A stretch of 47,229 nt of DNA from Chloroflexota bacterium (GTDB lineage: Bacteria > Chloroflexota > Dormibacteria > Dormibacterales > Dormibacteraceae), in the NCBI GenBank assembly GCA_005889085.1, contig VBDS01000012.1:1-47229 (forward strand). The letters run 5' to 3'. The notes under the pieces are model-generated. The model was not told the DNA's origin. It made no database searches and saw nothing but the letters and a program-made list of their open reading frames with translations. Both the position numbers and the translations under genes were made by a program. Of the stretch, positions 43,075 through 47,229 are shown in pieces; position 1 is the first letter of the stretch; every line of letters begins with the position of its first letter.

Positions 43075-43983
43075 TCAACCGAATTTCGCGTTGTAGGCGG
43101 TTTCGTTGCATTGGCGCAGCTCCTCGTCTGTCATGCCAATGCCCGCCATCAGATCGTATTCGTGGGTCAGTGTCGTGTCCGCGACGGTGCGCGAGTCGGT
43201 GCTGATCGTGCAGCGAACTCCACCGCGCACAAGACCAGGCAGCGGATGATCGGCCATGGACTGCACCGCCTTGCATTTCCAGTTTGCGGTCGGGCAGATG
43301 TCGAGCACCACCCCCTCGGTGCGAATTCGCTCGACGATGCTTGGCACGCGGGCGCCGATGACGCCGTGGGCGATCCGCTCGATGCCGAGGTCCAACGCCT
43401 CCTCGACCCTCGATGGATCTCCCGCTTCCCCCGCGTGGCATGTGAGGTGAAGACCCGCCGCGCGCGCCGCGTCGAAGGCGGGTCGGTGCCTTGTGGTCCC
43501 GAAGCGCGCCTCGTTACCCGCAAGATCGAAGCCGACCACGCCCAGGCCCGCGAACTTGCCCGCGATACGAGCCAGCTCGACATTCTTGGTGGTGGAATGG
43601 CTCCGCATCGCGCAGACGATCGCCACCGCTTTGATCGGTCCCCTACGCAGCCCCGCCAGGACCGCCTCGATCACCTGCGTGACCGTCAATCGCGCTTGGA
43701 GATGAAGCCGGGGCGCCCACCGCACCTCGAGGTAGTCGATGTTCTCCTTGGCCGAGTCGACGCAGAGCTCATAAGCGATGCGCTCGAGCGCCTTCGCGGT
43801 CTGCATGGCGTCGATCGCGGGTTTGAAGTATTCGATGTACTCGGCCTGGCTCGGGCAGTCGTCAGGCGCCACCATGCGAAGTCCTCGCCTTCCCGAAAGC
43901 TCCTCGGCCGTCGACACTCGGACGGCGCCGTCCAGGTGCGAGTGCAGCTCGGCCTTCTTCCAGCCGAGGTACGGGGAGGCTAT
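43075..43983 (-). CDS. add: Adenosine deaminase; the 5' end is uncertain because no canonical start lies upstream of the catalytic HxH motif
   Basis: KKAELHSHLDGAVR (43959-43918) lies upstream of the first ATG/GTG/TTG in frame (GTG 43917). Downstream motifs: GFDLAGNE, TCHAGE, RIAHG and STDS. ATA 43983-43981 overlaps the hpt stop (ATAG). CTG 43947 is another candidate start. Confidence 0.8.
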   Translation of the reverse strand: MASPYLGWKKAELHSHLDGAVRVSTAEELSGRRGLRMVAPDDCPSQAEYIEYFKPAIDAMQTAKALERIAYELCVDSAKENIDYLEVRWAPRLHLQARLTVTQVIEAVLAGLRRGPIKAVAIVCAMRSHSTTKNVELARIAGKFAGLGVVGFDLAGNEARFGTTRHRPAFDAARAAGLHLTCHAGEAGDPSRVEEALDLGIERIAHGVIGARVPSIVERIRTEGVVLDICPTANWKCKAVQSMADHPLPGLVRGGVRCTISTDSRTVADTTLTHEYDLMAGIGMTDEELRQCNETAYNAKFG

Positions 43984-44558
43984 GTCAGCGAATAGATGTG
44001 AGGCAGCTCGCGATACAGCCCGGCGTAGTCGAGCCCATAGCCGATCACGAAACGGTCGGGGATGACAAAGCCCGTGAAATCGATCTTCACCTCGACCTGC
44101 CGCCGCGCGGGTCGATCCAGCAGTGCGGCGAGGCGGACGGACGCGGCGCCCATGCGCTGAATGCGCTTCGCGACCGCGTTGACGGTGACGCCTGAGTCGA
44201 TGATGTCCTCGACCAGCAGCACGTGCCGGCCGACGAGCGGACCTTCGACCATGTGGGCAAGATGCAGGCGGCCATTGCTCGACGTACCGGTCGGATAGCT
44301 GGAGGCACGCACGAACTCGATCTCGGCCGGGATGCTAAGGCTGCGCAGCAGGTCAGCCGCGAATACGGTGGCGCCCTTGAGGATGACGACCATCACGAGC
44401 GGGGTGTCGATGTCGGCGTAGACCTCGGAGACCTGGCGGCCCAACCGCCGCACGCGGCGCGCGATGCGGGCGGCGTGGATCATGGGCTTGCCGGTCTCCC
44501 GGTCCAGGCGCAACTCAGTGGCTTCTACCGGAGCCGGCCTGGTCAGCACCTCCGCCAT
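43980..44558 (-). CDS. hpt: Hypoxanthine phosphoribosyltransferase
   Basis: VMVVILKGATVFAADL, VLLVEDIIDSGVT and FVIGYGLDYAGLYRELPHI. Confidence 0.9.
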   Translation of the reverse strand: MAEVLTRPAPVEATELRLDRETGKPMIHAARIARRVRRLGRQVSEVYADIDTPLVMVVILKGATVFAADLLRSLSIPAEIEFVRASSYPTGTSSNGRLHLAHMVEGPLVGRHVLLVEDIIDSGVTVNAVAKRIQRMGAASVRLAALLDRPARRQVEVKIDFTGFVIPDRFVIGYGLDYAGLYRELPHIYSLT

Positions 44559-44580
44559 GTAGGTCAGATTCTAGGTGTAG

Positions 44581-45387
44581 CTAGACCCCGATTGGATGCC
44601 AGACGGTTTTCATTTCCATGAATGCGGCGACGAGATAAGGACTCTGCTCGGCTTCTGTAACTTTGATCACTCGCTTCACGTTGCCTGCCGCAGATTCCTC
44701 GATTGCTTTGATTTCGTCGGTGGTGCAACCGGCAACGTCGATCGCATTGACGTCCATGTGCGCGGCAAGCCAGGGCAGCAGCTCCTTGCGCTGGCCGCTG
44801 ATGATGTTCACCACCCCCGCGGGCACATCGCTTGTCGCGAACACCTCCGCGAGAGTGAGTGCGGCAAGTGGATGCGCTTCCGCGGCGAGCGCGACGACCA
44901 CGTTGCCGCCGCACAGCGCGGGCGCGAGCCGGCGGACGAGCCCGGAGAGCGGGGCCCGCTCAGGGGCGATGATCGCGACGACGCCCGTCGGTTCGGGGAT
45001 CGTGAAGTTGAAGTAGGGCCCGGCGACCGGGTTCACCGTCCCTGTCACCTGCGACAGCTTGTCGGTCCAGCCGGCGTACCAGACCAGCGTCTCCACCGCC
45101 TGGTCGAGCTCGCGTCGCGCCCGCGGGCCGCCGCCAAGGAGCTCGACGAACTGGGCCGCGCGGCCGTCCAGCATCTCGGCGGCCCGGTACAGGATCTGGC
45201 CTCGGTTCATCGCCGTGCGGCCGGCCCAACCCGGGAACGCCGTTCGAGCGGCCCGGACCGCGTCGCGCATGTCCTTGCGCGAACCGCGCGGCACGTTGAC
45301 GTTGCCGTCTGGCCGGTACGCGCGCCCTGACTCCGAGCGCACGAACTCGCCGTTCACGAACAGCTTGTACGTCTTGCGCACGTCCAT
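44581..45387 (-). CDS. Aldehyde dehydrogenase-family paralog lacking the catalytic domain (268 aa)
   Basis: MDVRKTYKLFVNGEFV...GPYFNFTIPEPTGVVAIIAPERAPL...NVVVALAAE...GVVNIISG. The protein ends after GNVKRV plus a short tail (MEMKTVW). No ELGGK motif or catalytic Cys segment is present. TGATG junction with the upstream full-length ALDH. Confidence 0.7.
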   Translation of the reverse strand: MDVRKTYKLFVNGEFVRSESGRAYRPDGNVNVPRGSRKDMRDAVRAARTAFPGWAGRTAMNRGQILYRAAEMLDGRAAQFVELLGGGPRARRELDQAVETLVWYAGWTDKLSQVTGTVNPVAGPYFNFTIPEPTGVVAIIAPERAPLSGLVRRLAPALCGGNVVVALAAEAHPLAALTLAEVFATSDVPAGVVNIISGQRKELLPWLAAHMDVNAIDVAGCTTDEIKAIEESAAGNVKRVIKVTEAEQSPYLVAAFMEMKTVWHPIGV

Positions 45388-46859
45388 CAGTTGAGCTCCA
45401 GGTACGGCAGAAGGCCGTGCACGCCGCCCTCGCGGCCGAAGCCGGACTCCTTGTAGCCGCCGAACGGCGAGGTCGGATCGAAGCGGTTGAAGGTGTTCGC
45501 CCAGACGACGCCCGCCCGCATGCGCTCGGCCATCCACAAGATTCGCGAGCCCTTGTCCGTCCACACGCCGGCGGAAAGGCCGTACGGCGTGTTGTTCGCC
45601 TTCTCGACTGCCTCATTCGGCGTGCGGAAGGTGAGTACCGAGAGCACCGGCCCAAAGATCTCTTCGCGGGCGATGCGGTACGACTGCGACACGTTGGTGA
45701 ACAGCGACGGCGGAAACCAGAACCCGCGCTCGGGCAGCACGCACTCGGGCTGATAGAGCTCGGCGCCTTCTTCGATTCCCGACTCGACGAGGCCCTGGAT
45801 CTTCTCCAGCTGAGCCCGCGAGTTGATCGCCCCGATGTCGGTGTTCTTGTCGAGCGGGTCGCCCAGGCGCAGCGTGGAGAGCCTTCGCTTCAGCTTGTCC
45901 AGCAGCGGCTCCGCGATCGACTCCTGGACCAGCAGCCGGCTGCCCGCGCAGCAGACGTGGCCCTGGTTGAAGTAGATGCCGTTGACGATGCCCTCGACCG
46001 CCTGGTCCAGCGGCGCGTCCTCGAAGACGATGTTGGCCGCTTTGCCGCCGAGCTCGAGCGTCAGTCGCTTGCCGGAGCCGGCTATGGCCCGCTGGATCAC
46101 CTTGCCGACCTCGGTCGAGCCTGTGAACGCGACCTTCTTCACGTCCGGGTGCGTGACCACGAGCGACCCGGTCTTGCCCGCCCCGGTCACGATGTTGACG
46201 ACGCCGGGTGGCAGCTCCGCCTGCATGCAGATCTCCGCGAACAGCATCGCCGACAGCGGCGTGGTCTCCGCGGGCTTTAGCACGACCGTGTTTCCGGCGG
46301 CGAGCGCGGGCGCGATCTTCCAGGCGAGCATCAAAAGAGGGAAGTTCCACGGGATGACCTGGCCGGCGACCCCGAGCGGCCGCGTCTTGCGGTTGGGGAA
46401 AGCCCACTCGAGCTTGTCCGCCCAGCCCGCGTAATAGAAGAAGTGGGCAGCGCTGAGCGGGATGTCGACGTCGCGCGATTCCTTGATCGGCTTGCCGCCG
46501 TCCATCGTCTCCACGACCGCGAGCTCGCGCGACCGTTCCTGCAGCAGCCGCGAGATGCGAAACAGGTAGCGCGCCCGTCGCGATGGCGCAAGGCGTGCCC
46601 ATGAGTCGAATGCCTTGCCCGCGGCCTTCACCGCGCGGTCGACGTCGACCTCGTCCGCCTCGACCACCTCGGCGAGCTTCTTCTCGGTGGCCGGGTTGAT
46701 GGTCGGGAAGCGCTTCTTGCTGTGGGCCTCGACCATGCGGCCGCCGATGAACAGGCCGTAGCGGGGTTGGATCTTGACGTGGTCGATGGACTCAGGGGCC
46801 GGCGCATATTCGAAGAACCGCTTGGCGAGCTCGGCGGGCTGCTTCTTGGTGATCGCCAT
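45387..46859 (-). CDS. Aldehyde dehydrogenase (NAD(P)+), full length
   Basis: 490 aa with VIPWNFPLLM, LKPAETTPLS, FTGSTEVGK, LELGGKAANIV, NQGHVCCAGSRL and EEIFGPV. Confidence 0.9.
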   Translation of the reverse strand: MAITKKQPAELAKRFFEYAPAPESIDHVKIQPRYGLFIGGRMVEAHSKKRFPTINPATEKKLAEVVEADEVDVDRAVKAAGKAFDSWARLAPSRRARYLFRISRLLQERSRELAVVETMDGGKPIKESRDVDIPLSAAHFFYYAGWADKLEWAFPNRKTRPLGVAGQVIPWNFPLLMLAWKIAPALAAGNTVVLKPAETTPLSAMLFAEICMQAELPPGVVNIVTGAGKTGSLVVTHPDVKKVAFTGSTEVGKVIQRAIAGSGKRLTLELGGKAANIVFEDAPLDQAVEGIVNGIYFNQGHVCCAGSRLLVQESIAEPLLDKLKRRLSTLRLGDPLDKNTDIGAINSRAQLEKIQGLVESGIEEGAELYQPECVLPERGFWFPPSLFTNVSQSYRIAREEIFGPVLSVLTFRTPNEAVEKANNTPYGLSAGVWTDKGSRILWMAERMRAGVVWANTFNRFDPTSPFGGYKESGFGREGGVHGLLPYLELN

Positions 46860-47229
46860 CAGTCGATCGTGAAGTAATCGGGGGATTGGTATGCGCCGCT
46901 GCGCTCCTTGTCGATCTGCATCAGCACGTCGTTGAGCAGGGTCGACGCTCCGAGGCGGAGTCGATCAGGTGTCATCCAGTCGGGCCCCAGCGTCTCGTAG
47001 GTGATCACGAGGTACGAGATCGCTTGCTTGGCGGTCCGGATTCCGCCCGCGGCCTTGAAGCCGACAGGACGGCCGGTCTCGCGGCCGAAGTCGCGGATCG
47101 CCTCCATCATCACGAGCGCGACCGGCAGCGTGGCCGCGGGCTGCACCTTGCCGGTCGAGGTCTTGATGAAGTCCGCGCCCGCCGCCATCGCGAGGATGCT
47201 TGCGCGGCGGATCGCGTCGTACGTACCGA
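46859..47229 (-). CDS. deoC: Deoxyribose-phosphate aldolase, C-terminal part; the 5' end is outside the window
   Basis: AAGADFIKTSTGK (Schiff-base Lys region) and GFKAAGGIRT. The frame is open to the window edge. TGATG junction with the ALDH gene. Confidence 0.85.
   Translation of the reverse strand, partial: GTYDAIRRASILAMAAGADFIKTSTGKVQPAATLPVALVMMEAIRDFGRETGRPVGFKAAGGIRTAKQAISYLVITYETLGPDWMTPDRLRLGASTLLNDVLMQIDKERSGAYQSPDYFTID

Noticed and set aside
43980-44060. Programmed frameshift fusing hpt to add, to explain the missing add start codon.
   Set aside because: There is no slippery heptamer (X XXY YYZ type) or downstream structure in the last codons of hpt, and hpt ends at its normal C-terminus (YRELPHIYSLT).

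Overview
This is a high-GC, gene-dense bacterial chromosome segment with an actinobacterial or Chloroflexi-like gene style (inference). There are no rRNA genes, tRNA genes, CRISPR arrays or transposases. Most genes sit in translationally coupled chains with ATGA, GTGA, TTGA or TGATG overlaps, so TGA is a genuine stop codon here. From left to right the content is as follows. (1) A Hanks-type Ser/Thr kinase, truncated by the window edge. (2) XdhC plus a NifS-like desulfurase, a Zn-ribbon protein, a cupin, a Mut7-C protein and LarB. (3) An operon of moaC, mog, pxpA, a membrane protein and a GNAT. It ends in an AhpE-like peroxiredoxin whose catalytic Cys codon is an in-frame TGA followed by a hairpin (selenoprotein candidate), then a ClbS/DinB-like gene. 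(4) Convergent pxpC, pxpB and DUF4013 genes, and an HTH regulator divergent from a GGDEF cyclase. (5) A Liv-type ABC importer with a fused LivG-LivF ATPase carrying a ribbon-helix-helix-like tail, followed by two unknown envelope proteins. (6) A CitA/CitB-type two-component pair and a NitT/TauT-type ABC importer. (7) A compositionally atypical islet: a hypothetical protein, a 41-aa basic protein, an HExxH protein, a DUF559 protein and a PD-(D/E)xK-like protein. (8) A ring-cleaving dioxygenase, and an ECF sigma factor with a membrane protein carrying 12 BNR/Asp-box repeats. (9) A HAD hydrolase. (10) A nucleoside uptake and salvage cluster: BMP-family ABC transporter, deoA, udp, upp, add, hpt, two ALDH genes and deoC. 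It is interrupted by a RelE/ParE toxin-antitoxin (TA) pair and a cyclase-family gene. The most notable non-genic structures are four. First, a 128-bp tandem duplication at the HAD/ABC-ATPase convergent junction, whose copies differ by a block of purely synonymous changes. Second, a dispersed palindromic element (CCTCCCCAT..ATGGGGAGG). Third, twin perfect 16-bp palindromes downstream of upp. Fourth, a terminator-like hairpin in the BMP operon leader. All calls come from reading the sequence and the supplied ORF translations. No database search was run.
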